Notes: generated by a model not told the origin, from the letters alone. 64,000 bases of DNA from Trueperaceae bacterium (GCA_965215565.1 CBDCDZ010000004.1:1312001-1376000); one strand, 5' to 3'. Positions 36,897 through 46,727 are shown, counted from the first letter of the stretch. Made by a program: numbers and translations.

Positions 36897-38888
36897 TTAG
36901 GACGCCTCCGCCGCTGCCGACGCAGGTTGCTCCACCTCTTCCGCGCTCCGTCCGAACGTAAAGAGCACGCCGGCGAGCACGAGTAGCCCCGCGATGAGCA
37001 TCAGCCACCAGGGAGCCCCTAGGCCGACGGGCAAGAGCCCGATGAGCAGACCCACGACGCCCGCTGTGAGCGCGTACGGCAACTGCGTGCGCACGTGGTC
37101 GATGTGGTCACACCCCGACGCCATCGACGAGATGATCGTCGTGTCCGAAATCGGTGAGCAGTGGTCACCCCAAACCGCGCCTGAAAGCACCGAAGCTATT
37201 GAGGCGTAAAGGATAGCGTAGTGCTCGGGCGACGCCATCCCGTTCGCCTGCAAGATGGCCCAGGTCAGCGGCACCGTGAGCGGCACCAAAATGCCCATCG
37301 TTCCCCAACTCGTGCCCGTCGCGAACGCCGTCGCCGCCGACACGACGAAGATGAGCGCGGGCAGGGCGGCGGGCGCTAAGCTCTCGCCCAAGATGGAGAC
37401 GAGATAGTCGCCCGTATGCAGCACGTCCGTCACGCCAGAGAGCGCCCACGCCAAGATTAAGATGATAATCACGAAGAGCATGTTTTTGAGCCCGCCGTAC
37501 CACGCACTGACCGTCTCTTCCAAGGATAGAATCCGCTGCCCCACGCTGAGCAGCGCCGCCGCGAGCACGCCCAAGAGCGACGCCCACACGAGCGCGGTGA
37601 AGGAGTCCGCGCTGCCGATGATGTCTTGTATATTGTCGCCTTCGCCCGTCGCGAAAAGCCCGATGATCGCCACGCCGACGAGCACCACGATGGGAACGAT
37701 TGCGTTGAGCGCACGCTCGGGAACGTCCTCTTTAGGTTCCATCTCGTCGCCGATATCGTCCACCCTCGAGTCTCCGCGCATCACCGAGCCGGTGCGCCGT
37801 GCCCGCCGCTCCGCCTGGAGCATCGGACCGTAGTCGCGCCCGGAGAGCGCCACCATAAAGACGAACAGCACCGCGAGGATGGGATAGAAGCTGTAAGGAA
37901 CCGAGTTGAGGAAGATGGTGTAAGCCGCCATATCGAAGCCCTCGATACTACTCACTGCGTCGCCGATGAGCCCCACTTCGAAACCTATCCAGGTCGTGAT
38001 GAGCCCGATCGTCGCCACCGGAGCCGCCGTCGAGTCCACGATGTAGGCGAGCTTCTCGCGCGAGATTTTAAGCCTGTCGGTCACAGGGCGCATGGTGTTG
38101 CCGACGACGAGCGTGTTGGCGTAGTCGTCGAAGAAGATAGCGACGCCTAGAAAGCTCGTCGCCACCTGACCCCGTTTGGGCGTCGAGGCAAAGCCCGTGA
38201 TGCGGTTCACGACCCCTTTCATGCCCCCGTTGCGCGAGATGATGCCGACCATCCCACCGATCATCAAGGTGAAGAGGATAATCGCCGCGTGCCCGGTGCT
38301 GCCATCAGGCGGAACGAGGGCTTGCAGCACGTAGCGGTTGAGCGTCTCTAAAAGTCCTGTCCACACGCCAGAGAGCGACAAGCCGTGAACCGTCACCGCG
38401 CCCACGAAAATGCCCAAAAAGAGCGCCGGGATCACCTGGCGCGTCACGAGCGCCACCGCGATGGCGATGAGCGGCGGCAAAATCGCGAGCCAGCCGAAGA
38501 TCGCCCTCGAGGACCCCTCCGAAAGCGTCTCCCCGCCCTGAACGAGCCGCATGTCGAAGCTACCTGCTGGAACCTGAATATCCTCTACCGTCGCTTCAAA
38601 CCCTAAGCCGGACTCGCTGAAAGCGTCCGGGGCGATAGAGTAGCGCTGTCCGCCAACCTCAAGCTCGAGGGGTTCCCCCACCGGACCCGCCGCCTCAACC
38701 GTCTGGCTAAAAGGGATACCCGCCAGCGCCACCTCAGGCGCTTCGAAGGAAAAGGACTGCGCGTTTTGAGTTTGTGCGTGAGCAGCACAAAATAAAATAC
38801 TGTATAAAATTAGGACGCCGATAAAACCTATGCGCGAGTCCCGAAATTTGCTGGTACTAGAAAGCCGCCAGAACCAAACCTCTCTCAT
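36897..38888 (-). CDS. Na+/H+ antiporter NhaC family protein with N-terminal exported domain
   Basis: FFDDYAN, DSTAAP, GTSWGT, GDHCSPISDTT, DHVRTQLPY; start uncertain. Confidence 0.88.
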   Translation of the reverse strand: MREVWFWRLSSTSKFRDSRIGFIGVLILYSILFCAAHAQTQNAQSFSFEAPEVALAGIPFSQTVEAAGPVGEPLELEVGGQRYSIAPDAFSESGLGFEATVEDIQVPAGSFDMRLVQGGETLSEGSSRAIFGWLAILPPLIAIAVALVTRQVIPALFLGIFVGAVTVHGLSLSGVWTGLLETLNRYVLQALVPPDGSTGHAAIILFTLMIGGMVGIISRNGGMKGVVNRITGFASTPKRGQVATSFLGVAIFFDDYANTLVVGNTMRPVTDRLKISREKLAYIVDSTAAPVATIGLITTWIGFEVGLIGDAVSSIEGFDMAAYTIFLNSVPYSFYPILAVLFVFMVALSGRDYGPMLQAERRARRTGSVMRGDSRVDDIGDEMEPKEDVPERALNAIVPIVVLVGVAIIGLFATGEGDNIQDIIGSADSFTALVWASLLGVLAAALLSVGQRILSLEETVSAWYGGLKNMLFVIIILILAWALSGVTDVLHTGDYLVSILGESLAPAALPALIFVVSAATAFATGTSWGTMGILVPLTVPLTWAILQANGMASPEHYAILYASIASVLSGAVWGDHCSPISDTTIISSMASGCDHIDHVRTQLPYALTAGVVGLLIGLLPVGLGAPWWLMLIAGLLVLAGVLFTFGRSAEEVEQPASAAAEAS

Positions 38889-39047
38889 CGTGGGTCTCCT
38901 TTCGCTCCAAACGCAAGTGTACATCTTTTCGTTAAAGCGGAAGAAGATTCATACTTTGACGGTTCTATGGCGCTGCTTTGTGATGCCGCGAAGAGGTTGG
39001 ACGTTGCGGCTTACGCCTACGTTCGTCGTGGTGATATCGCCTAGGAT

Positions 39048-39701
39048 TCAAGAGGTAGAGCTGGATTCAGGCTGATTCAGCAGCCAAGCGTAGAGTTCAG
39101 GCGTATTGTAAGCGTCGTCCCAAGAGGTGTGACCCACCTCCGGATAGACCATCAACTTCGCGTGTCCGCTGCAAGCGTTCACAGCGTCAACCATCTTCGT
39201 CGATTCGCTCAGGGGCACGCGGTCATCTTTCGCGCCATGAAACGCCCAGATGGGCACCTCTTTGAGTGTACACGCCTCTTCAGGATTGCTCCTGCCGCAG
39301 ACGGGCGCGAGCGCGGCGAAGCGGTTGGGATGAGCCGCCCCTAAAAACCACACGCCTTGCCCTCCCAGGCTCAGCCCGGTGAGGTAGATGCGGCTTGTGT
39401 CTACATCGTAGCGCTTTACGGCGTCGTCCAGAAGAGCCTCGAGCGCGCCCAGGTGGTCCGTCCAGCGCGTCTCTTCGGGGCACTGCGGCGCGAGGACGAG
39501 AACTTCGGGGAAGGGGTTGCGGGTTTTCAGCACGTCGGGCAAGCCGTACGTTTTGACGCGCTCGAGATCGTCTCCTCTTTCACCCGAGCCGTGCAGGAAG
39601 AGGACGAGGGGTAGCGTATCGGTCTGAGCACCAGGCGCATACAAGAGGTAGGGCAGGTGCCCTGCCAAGCGAACTGGGCGCGGCGCAAGCGTCGTTTCCA
39701 T
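39048..39701 (-). CDS. Alpha/beta hydrolase (predicted peptidase/phospholipase-carboxylesterase)
   Basis: FLHGSGERG, APQCP, GLSLG nucleophile elbow, HGAKD, GH. Confidence 0.88.
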   Translation of the reverse strand: METTLAPRPVRLAGHLPYLLYAPGAQTDTLPLVLFLHGSGERGDDLERVKTYGLPDVLKTRNPFPEVLVLAPQCPEETRWTDHLGALEALLDDAVKRYDVDTSRIYLTGLSLGGQGVWFLGAAHPNRFAALAPVCGRSNPEEACTLKEVPIWAFHGAKDDRVPLSESTKMVDAVNACSGHAKLMVYPEVGHTSWDDAYNTPELYAWLLNQPESSSTS

Positions 39702-39711
39702 CTCAGAAGTA

Positions 39712-39846
39712 TAGCAACCAATATAAGTACTGATTAAAATAGCGCAAGTCTCAGCCTGCCAAGGCTAGCGGGATTTCATTCTCAAAGGTGCGTGCTATAT
39801 GGTGTTCTACATCGTGAGAGCGTCCCAAACCAAATAATACTTGCTA
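39712..39846. mobile_element. Degenerate TAGCA...TGCTA element
   Basis: tagca...tactga...ctagcgggatttcat...gtgcgtgcta...gtgagagcgtc..aaacca.at.atac.tgcta. Confidence 0.75.
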
Positions 39847-39895
39847 TATAGCGTGTGAGACGACCTCTTCATGAGTCTCGCGTTAGGCTTAAAGG

Positions 39896-41671
39896 ATGGC
39901 GAAACCTCCGTCCTCTTCCGCGCTCGCCAAGCTGTGGAGCCTCCTTGCGCCGCGCAAGTGGCAAGTCGCTGGACTCTCACTCCTGCTTACGCTCTCGGCC
40001 GCCACCGCGCAAATCAGCCCCCAGTTCGTGCGCATCGTCATCGACGACCTCATCCCGCGCGGCGAGGCGCGGCTCTTTTTGCTCCTCGGCGCGGCGATGC
40101 TCGTCTTTTACCTCGTCAGCGCGGGCGTGGGCTACGCGGCGATGTATCTCTCGTATGCGTTCACGCAGTCGGTGATCAGCGACGTACGGATGCGGGCGTA
40201 TTCGACGCTGCTGAGCCTTCCTCTGGCTCGCTTCACCCGCGAGCGCTCGGGCTCACTCGTCTCGCGCGTGGTGTCGGACGTAAACGCTTTAGAGGCCATG
40301 ATCCAGTCCGGCGCGTCGCGCCTTTTGGGGCAGCTTTTCAGCATCATTGTGGTGCTCGCCATTCTCTTCGTGATGGACTGGGTTTTGGCGCTCCTCAGTC
40401 TGGGCGTCGTCGTGCTGATGGCGCTCGTGACGGGCACCTACCAGGGCCCGCTGCGCGAGGCGGCGCGGCACATCCGCAGGAGCGTCGGTGAACTTAACGC
40501 CACTGCGACGGAGGCGATTGGCAACATCGGCGTGGTGAAGACGTTCGCGAACGAGGACCTGGAGCGGGGCACCTTCGGCGCGGAAAATAGCCGCTACGTC
40601 ACGCTCAACTTGGCGCGGCGCAAGCAGGTAGGCTGGATGGAAGGCTTGGTGGGTCTTACCGCCGAACTCGGCCTCGCGGCGCTCCTCCTCTTGGGCGGTT
40701 GGCTCATCGTGCAGCGTGACCTTACGGTGGGCGAACTCTCCGCGTTCTTGCTCTATCTGAATAACCTGATTGGACCCGTGCGCTCGGTCATGTTTTTCAA
40801 CAACTCGCTGCAAGCGGGCGTCGCGGCGCTAGAGCGCGTCAACGACCTCTTGGACGACGCGCCCGAGCAGGAGGGCGAAACGGAAGCGTTAGAGCGGGGG
40901 CGGCTCGAGTTCCGTAACGTCAGCTTCCGCTACCCGGACACCGACACCTTCGCCCTCAAAGACCTCTCGCTGAACGTCGAGGCGGGGCAGACCGCCGCAC
41001 TAGTGGGACCCTCCGGCGCTGGAAAAAGCACCGTCATCGCCCTCTTGAGCCGCCTCTATGACCCTACTTCCGGCGAGATTCGCTTGGCGGGGCGCGACTT
41101 GCGCGACTTCCGCCTGAAGACGCTGCGCCGCGCCGTCGCCGTCGTGCCGCAAGACCCGACGCTCTTCTCCGGTTCCGTGACCGATAACATCCGCTACGCC
41201 AAACCGGACGCGGACGAAGAAGAGGTCAGACGCGCCGCTAAGCTCGCCAACGCGCACGACTTTATCCTCGAGCTGCCGGAAGGTTACGACACGCAAGTCG
41301 GCGAGCGCGGCGTCAAGCTCTCAGGCGGGCAAAAGCAGCGCATCGCCATCGCCAGGGCGATTCTCAAAGAGGCGTCGGTACTGGTTTTAGATGAGGCGAC
41401 GTCGAACTTAGACGCCGAGTCCGAAGCGGTCATTCAAGACGCATTGGAAGGGCTTTTCTCGAGCCGCAGAAGAAGCGTCACGACGATTATCATCGCGCAC
41501 CGCCTCTCGACGGTGCGCAGCGCGGACGAGATTTTCGTGCTGGACCGAGGTGAACTCGCCGAGTCGGGCGTGCACCGCGACCTCTTGGCGCAAGATGGGC
41601 TCTACAAGATGCTCTACGACTTACAGATGGACGACGCCAACCTCTTGCCCTCTTCCGCCGCGTCTTCGTAG
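39896..41671 (+). CDS. ABC exporter, fused permease/ATPase (MsbA-like)
   Basis: N-terminal TM domain; GPSGAGKS, LSGGQKQR, LDEATS, IAHRLST. Confidence 0.93.
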   Translation: MAKPPSSSALAKLWSLLAPRKWQVAGLSLLLTLSAATAQISPQFVRIVIDDLIPRGEARLFLLLGAAMLVFYLVSAGVGYAAMYLSYAFTQSVISDVRMRAYSTLLSLPLARFTRERSGSLVSRVVSDVNALEAMIQSGASRLLGQLFSIIVVLAILFVMDWVLALLSLGVVVLMALVTGTYQGPLREAARHIRRSVGELNATATEAIGNIGVVKTFANEDLERGTFGAENSRYVTLNLARRKQVGWMEGLVGLTAELGLAALLLLGGWLIVQRDLTVGELSAFLLYLNNLIGPVRSVMFFNNSLQAGVAALERVNDLLDDAPEQEGETEALERGRLEFRNVSFRYPDTDTFALKDLSLNVEAGQTAALVGPSGAGKSTVIALLSRLYDPTSGEIRLAGRDLRDFRLKTLRRAVAVVPQDPTLFSGSVTDNIRYAKPDADEEEVRRAAKLANAHDFILELPEGYDTQVGERGVKLSGGQKQRIAIARAILKEASVLVLDEATSNLDAESEAVIQDALEGLFSSRRRSVTTIIIAHRLSTVRSADEIFVLDRGELAESGVHRDLLAQDGLYKMLYDLQMDDANLLPSSAASS

Positions 41672-42339
41672 GATAGATAGCCAGACGCGCAGACGCCCGC
41701 GCCGTAGAGGTTCGCTAGTCGGGTGAGTTCAAAGGCGTCGTTTCGTTCGGCGGACGCGAAGCGTCTACAGTCCACCGTGTAGGGGAGCGAGCCGTTTTGG
41801 GGAGCAGCCTCGAGCGTGACCTCTTCAAACGTGAAGCCGAGCGCGCGTAGCGCCCCGAAGAGGTCGTCGTACGCCATCTCGCTGAGGCGTCCCGCGACTT
41901 CGGTCAGCTCACCCACCTTGAGGCGCGCCTCTAAAAAGCTCCCGACGCAGAGCGCGGTGCGCTTCGCGAGACGGTCCACCCCTTCCCAGGTGCGCACGCC
42001 CCTCACTTCGTCATCAGAAATGAGCAAGGACGAGACGCTCGACTGAAGCAGGTGGACGCCGGGCTGGTGCTCTAAGAGGTACTTGGCGTGACGGTGGCAC
42101 GCCCAAGTGCTGACGAAACCGCCGTGTGCGACTTCATCGTAGATTTCTGCCATGAGCGTACCCGGGGGTGGCTCGAGGACCGCGCCGTCCCCGACGAGGT
42201 TGTAGAGCGTGTCCAGGCTCGTCGTGACGAGCAAGACGTCGCACCCGGCCCGCGCACACGCGAGCGCCGCCTCGCTACCTGTAATACCCGCGCCGACGAT
42301 AGCCACGTCATAAACGTGACCTGGCCCTGGGAAGCTCAC
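41614..42339 (-). CDS. Short GidA/MnmG-like FAD-dependent protein
   Basis: VAIVGAGITGSEAA, VRTWEG, GSFL, EVAGRLSEMAYDDL; start uncertain (42339 or 42390). Confidence 0.75.
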   Translation of the reverse strand: MSFPGPGHVYDVAIVGAGITGSEAALACARAGCDVLLVTTSLDTLYNLVGDGAVLEPPPGTLMAEIYDEVAHGGFVSTWACHRHAKYLLEHQPGVHLLQSSVSSLLISDDEVRGVRTWEGVDRLAKRTALCVGSFLEARLKVGELTEVAGRLSEMAYDDLFGALRALGFTFEEVTLEAAPQNGSLPYTVDCRRFASAERNDAFELTRLANLYGAGVCASGYLSYEDAAEEGKRLASSICKS

Positions 42340-42519
42340 CTCTTCCCTTCTAGGTTCTCTTTTTCTGCGTCCCCTTTTCCTGCGCCCCACTTTTCTACAG
42401 TGGTTCGTAGTTGGCTAGGGGCGGGCAAGAGGTCGCGGCTCTTTGGCGCGAGGTAGGCGCAGTGATGGGGGGCGGGTGGGTGCACTCGAGAGGAACTCGC
42501 CACAGCTTTGTCGCTAGCC

Positions 42520-43101
42520 CTACTCGCCGAACCCATCCAGGAGCGGGAAAGGCTGCCGCCGCCCAGGGGCGCGCAAAAGCAGGTGTTCGCCCGTGCGGGT
42601 GCGCTGATAGATGAAGACGCCCTTGGGATGCTCCAAGAGGTCGCTCGGCTCCCTGGCGTCCACCATCACGCGCAGGTGGAGGGGCAGCGTGTTCTGCAGC
42701 TCGCCGAGTTCGTAGTGCTCACCCTGGGCGCGGTAGCCGAAGAAGACGTCGGTAGTGATCTCACTGTAGATGCAGGTCAGCGACTGCGCTTCCGAGGCGC
42801 GGTAGAGCGCGACGGCCTCCCAGACGGCGGCGAGCGCCGCCTCTTCGCTCACGAGTTCGCAGGCCATCTCACCCGTGTCGCCATAAAACGCCGCCGGGAA
42901 GTTGCGCGACTGCGCGTAAAAGCCTCTTTTACTCACGATGAGCCGCATCACCTTGTTGCTGTACGAAGCGCCTTTCACCGCGCTCTTCATGTAGGCGATA
43001 GCGAGCCCGTAGCGGCGCTCGTGCGCCTCGGCGAAATCTTCCCAGTCGGGGTCGATCAGGGCGGTGTCGGTGTTGACCTCAAAGCCTGTGCGCGTCAACA
43101 T
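42520..43101 (-). CDS. Conserved hypothetical protein
   Basis: 193-aa ORF with host-like codon usage, co-oriented with its neighbours. Confidence 0.7.
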   Translation of the reverse strand: MLTRTGFEVNTDTALIDPDWEDFAEAHERRYGLAIAYMKSAVKGASYSNKVMRLIVSKRGFYAQSRNFPAAFYGDTGEMACELVSEEAALAAVWEAVALYRASEAQSLTCIYSEITTDVFFGYRAQGEHYELGELQNTLPLHLRVMVDAREPSDLLEHPKGVFIYQRTRTGEHLLLRAPGRRQPFPLLDGFGE

Positions 43102-43368
43102 AAATCTCTAGAAATAGCGGGTATGAGCCGTCTCACTGAGGTTCGGAACGGGTCATCAATGCGCTCACCTGCGAGAGCTGTAAACGAGTGCGCACGTTCA
43201 GAGGTTGTACTGGCGTGATACAAGCTCGGTAAAAGTAAAATTCTCTTAGCCAAAAGCTGAGCCGACATCCTATTGACGCCCTTATAGATAAGCCTGTTCA
43301 AAATTTCGCCCGACGCCCTCTTCTCAGCGCTTCGCATGTGATGTAAATGACGTAGAGCGCTGGGCACG

Positions 43369-44163
43369 TCAGGCTCCCCCCTCTTCTGGTTTATCCCCTA
43401 CATGTAGCGCTGACACCCCGAAAGTCTGTAAGGTGTAGCGCACGTCCGCGAAGCCTGCCGCCTCCATCATCGCGGCGAGCACACTGGGTTTGGGAAACTT
43501 CAAGACCGAGTCGGGCAGATAGGTGTACGCGCTCCGCCTGCCGGATAAGAGCCCGCCCAAAATCGGCACGACTTTGAGGAAGTAGAAGCGGAAGAGCTGA
43601 CCGAACACGCCCCCTGGTGGCGGCGGGAACTCCAGGACGACTAAACGTCCACCCGGTTTAAGCACGCGGTGAAATTCGGCCAGCCCCTTGTCGTAGTCGG
43701 CGAAGTTGCGCAGTCCGTACGCAACCGTCAGGGCGTCGAAGCTCCCGTCTGGAAAGTCCAGCGCCAAGCCGTCGCCCTGCTCAAGCCTGATATCTACCCC
43801 CCGCTTGGCAGCTTTGGCGCGTCCTAGCTCGAGCATCGCCGGGACGAAATCCACCCCGACAACCTCCGCACCGGGCGCAGCCTCTTTAAGCGCCAGTGCG
43901 AGGTCCGCCGTACCCGTCGCCACGTCTAAAATGCGCCCCCCATCCGGCGCACGTTCCAGCGCAGCCTGGACCGCCTGCTTGCGCCATGCGCGGTCGACGC
44001 CCAAGCTCAGGAGGCGGTTCAAGAGGTCGTAGCGGCGCGCGATCGCGCCGAACATCTCTTTGACCTGGTGCGCCTTCTGATCTCCTGGCTGATCTTCCGG
44101 CGCGTGGTTAGGCGCAGGGCTGGGCTGAGCGGCTGGAGGGGACGAGGGCTTGGGCGAATCCAT
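43369..44163 (-). CDS. menG: Demethylmenaquinone methyltransferase (UbiE/MenG)
   Basis: MFGAIARRYDLLN, LDVATGTAD, YGLRN, RVLKPGG, YTYLPDS. Confidence 0.92.
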   Translation of the reverse strand: MDSPKPSSPPAAQPSPAPNHAPEDQPGDQKAHQVKEMFGAIARRYDLLNRLLSLGVDRAWRKQAVQAALERAPDGGRILDVATGTADLALALKEAAPGAEVVGVDFVPAMLELGRAKAAKRGVDIRLEQGDGLALDFPDGSFDALTVAYGLRNFADYDKGLAEFHRVLKPGGRLVVLEFPPPPGGVFGQLFRFYFLKVVPILGGLLSGRRSAYTYLPDSVLKFPKPSVLAAMMEAAGFADVRYTLQTFGVSALHVGDKPEEGGA

Positions 44164-44252
44164 AACGCTACGGTATCACGGAGCCTCTGGGTGTGCCCAA
44201 CCTTTGCGGACGTAAAACCTTCATCGTTTCGCGCCGCGCTATACTGCCCGCT

Positions 44253-45629
44253 ATGACCCCTTACCTCACGAACTATCTGAACGAACACCGAGAACGCTTC
44301 ACCGAAGAACTCGCCGACTTCTTGCGCATCCCGTCAGTCAGCACTGACTCGTCTTACCGGGGGGACGTGCGCCGCGCCGCGTCCTTCGTGCTCGAGAAGC
44401 TGCAACAAGCAGGCTTAGAGACGCGCCTCATCGAGACGCCGCGCCACCCCGTCGTCTACGGCTCGTACCACGTTTCCAACCGCGCGCCTACCGTGCTCAT
44501 CTACGGTCACTACGACGTGCAGCCGCCTGAGCCCCTAGAGGGGTGGGACTCACCGCCCTTCGAGCCGAGAATCGAAGCGGGCGTCATCTACGCGCGGGGC
44601 GCAACCGACGACAAGGGTCAGGTGTACGCACACGTCAAAGGGGTGGAGGCGCTGCTCGAGACCGAGGGCGTTTTAGACGTCAACGTGAAGTTCTTGATCG
44701 AGGGCGAGGAGGAGATTGGCAGCCCGAGCCTAAACGAGGTGCTCAAGGTCAACCGAGACCTCTTCGCCGCCGACGTCGTCGTTATCTCGGACGGCTCGAT
44801 GATCGCCCCGGACACGCCCACCATCACCTACGGGCTCAAAGGGCTCGCCTACATCCAAGTCGACGTGCGCGGCGCGGCGCTGGACCTACACTCCGGCGCG
44901 TTCGGCGGCGGCGTCCCGAACCCGATCAACGCGCTCGCCAAGATGATCGCGCAGCTCCACGACGAGGCGGGGCGCGTGGCGGTGCCGGGGTTTTACGACG
45001 ACGTTTTGGACGTCACAGATAGCGAGCGCGAGGCGTTCGCGAAGGTCCCCTTCGACGAGGAGGGGTTCGCCCACGAGATCGGCGTCAGCGCGACGCCGGG
45101 GGAGGCGGGCTATAGCCTCTTAGAGCGGCTTTGGGCTCGCCCGACTTTAGACGTCAACGGAATCGCGGGCGGCTTCCAGGGCGAAGGGGCCAAGACGGTC
45201 ATTGCAAACACGGCGATGGCAAAGATATCGTGCCGCCTGGTGCCTAACCAAGACCCCGCCGACATCACGAGGAAGCTGAGCGACTATCTGCAGAAAGTTA
45301 CACCCGAAGGCGTCACGGTGGACGTGACCGATTTGCACGGCGGCTACCCCGCACTCACGCCCTTGGACTCGCCCGCCGTGCAAGCTGCGAGCCGAGCCCT
45401 CCAAGAGGTCTACAGCCGAGAGCCCGTCTACGCCCGCACGGGCGGCACCATCCCCGTGGTCAGCACCTTTCAGCAGCTCTTGGGCGCAGAGGTCGTTTTA
45501 GTCGGTTTTGGCTTGGAGAATGACCGAATGCACTCGCCCAACGAGAAGTTCGATCTGGTCAACTACTACAGGGGCATCGAAACGAGCGCGGCGCTGCTGG
45601 GAGCGTTTGCGCGTAGGAACAATTCATGA
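44253..45629 (+). CDS. M20 family dipeptidase
   Basis: YGHYDVQP, RGATDDKGQ, EGEEE, DLHSG, HSPNE. Confidence 0.92.
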   Translation: MTPYLTNYLNEHRERFTEELADFLRIPSVSTDSSYRGDVRRAASFVLEKLQQAGLETRLIETPRHPVVYGSYHVSNRAPTVLIYGHYDVQPPEPLEGWDSPPFEPRIEAGVIYARGATDDKGQVYAHVKGVEALLETEGVLDVNVKFLIEGEEEIGSPSLNEVLKVNRDLFAADVVVISDGSMIAPDTPTITYGLKGLAYIQVDVRGAALDLHSGAFGGGVPNPINALAKMIAQLHDEAGRVAVPGFYDDVLDVTDSEREAFAKVPFDEEGFAHEIGVSATPGEAGYSLLERLWARPTLDVNGIAGGFQGEGAKTVIANTAMAKISCRLVPNQDPADITRKLSDYLQKVTPEGVTVDVTDLHGGYPALTPLDSPAVQAASRALQEVYSREPVYARTGGTIPVVSTFQQLLGAEVVLVGFGLENDRMHSPNEKFDLVNYYRGIETSAALLGAFARRNNS

Positions 45630-45673
45630 GTCGCCTTCTACACAGCGCTACCAGTGGGTACAGAGAACGCAAA

Positions 45674-45706
45674 ATGTGGAGACGGGTTCCAAACCCGCCT
45701 CCACAT
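45674..45706. repeat. REP-like palindrome
   Basis: ATGTGGAGACGGGTT-cca-AACCCGCCTCCACAT with GTGG/CCAC feet. Confidence 0.65.
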
Positions 45707-45825
45707 CATTCCAATGAGGTCTTGCCGATGTATCCTACTTGAAGAGGTTGCGGATCAAGTTGTGTTGACACTTGTCCCTCGAAAGATCACGCTACCGGGC
45801 GTGGTAAACCCACGTGCTCCACAGC

Positions 45826-45867
45826 CTTCTCACTCCTCACTCCCTGCTTCTTACTTCTTGCTCCTTA
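45826..45867. repeat. Heptamer tandem repeat (six units)
   Basis: cttctca ctcctca ctccctg cttctta cttcttg ctcctta; contains the reverse complement of 1921-1936. Confidence 0.7.
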
Positions 45868-45914
45868 CATAGGGAGGCGAAACACATCATGGACAGTTTG
45901 AAACACTAACTGAT

Positions 45915-46727
45915 CTAGTTAAACGCGACAGCGTCCTCGTCGTACTCATCTTCATACTCCTCGTACTCGTACGCTTCAGCGAGGGTTTGCTCGCGGGCAA
46001 CCGAGTAGACGAGGAAGCTAAAGCCCGCTTTGGCGAGCCAGTCCGCGAGCATGTAGCCAAACTGCACGCCGACTTCGGTGGAGGAGCCCCCCAGCCCTAA
46101 GAAGGGCACCATGTAGATGACCGGGAAGAAGCCCCACGAGCCCAAGAGCAAGAGCACCGAGTTGGTGACGAGGCGGCTCGCGTGTTCGCTAAGCTCGGCG
46201 AGGGCGTCGTTGAGCACGCCGTAAAGCACCCAGAGGATATAGAGGAAAGGAACCGTGCTGGCGGTGCCCCAAATCACGCGCGTCTGCGTGTCGGTAGAGA
46301 TTTCGCCGGGGTAGCCGAGAGCGATCATAGCCACCGTCGCGACGCTCAAGCGGACGCCTAGCGAGAGCGCCTTGCCGCGAGGAAAGTCGAGCACGTTGAC
46401 GAGCGAGATGAGCAGAAGCGGCACGGTGGGGAGCCAGTAGACGTAGCGGTAGAGCGCGAAAGGTAGGGTGTCCTCAGTTGGAACGTAGAGCCCCTCTTGC
46501 AGCGCGTAGACGCCGCGCCACTGCGTGAAGAGGAAGAGGTAGTGTAGCGCCGACAGCCCGACGATCGTCGCCACCATCCAGAGCGCAGGGCGGTACGCTT
46601 CGTCGATCTTGCGCCGCGACACCACGAAAAAGGCGGCGAGCGAGACCATGAGCAGCACCGTTGCGATAAAAGCAACCACCACGAAGGTGTACTGAGCGGG
46701 CGAGAGGGCACTTAAAAAATTGAGCAT
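45915..46727 (-). CDS. Xanthorhodopsin-like microbial rhodopsin with atypical YTS motif
   Basis: 7 TM helices; YRYVYWLPTVPLL, MIALGYPGE, WGTASTVPF, DWLAK (Schiff-base Lys); AAGGAG RBS. Confidence 0.92.
   Translation of the reverse strand: MLNFLSALSPAQYTFVVVAFIATVLLMVSLAAFFVVSRRKIDEAYRPALWMVATIVGLSALHYLFLFTQWRGVYALQEGLYVPTEDTLPFALYRYVYWLPTVPLLLISLVNVLDFPRGKALSLGVRLSVATVAMIALGYPGEISTDTQTRVIWGTASTVPFLYILWVLYGVLNDALAELSEHASRLVTNSVLLLLGSWGFFPVIYMVPFLGLGGSSTEVGVQFGYMLADWLAKAGFSFLVYSVAREQTLAEAYEYEEYEDEYDEDAVAFN

Noticed and set aside
41614..41671. 58-bp convergent overlap of the ABC exporter and GidA-like gene
   Set aside because: Short 3' overlaps of non-conserved tails are common.
42508..43218. 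236-aa plus-strand ORF
   Set aside because: Antisense shadow of the 42520..43101 gene, typical of high-GC DNA.
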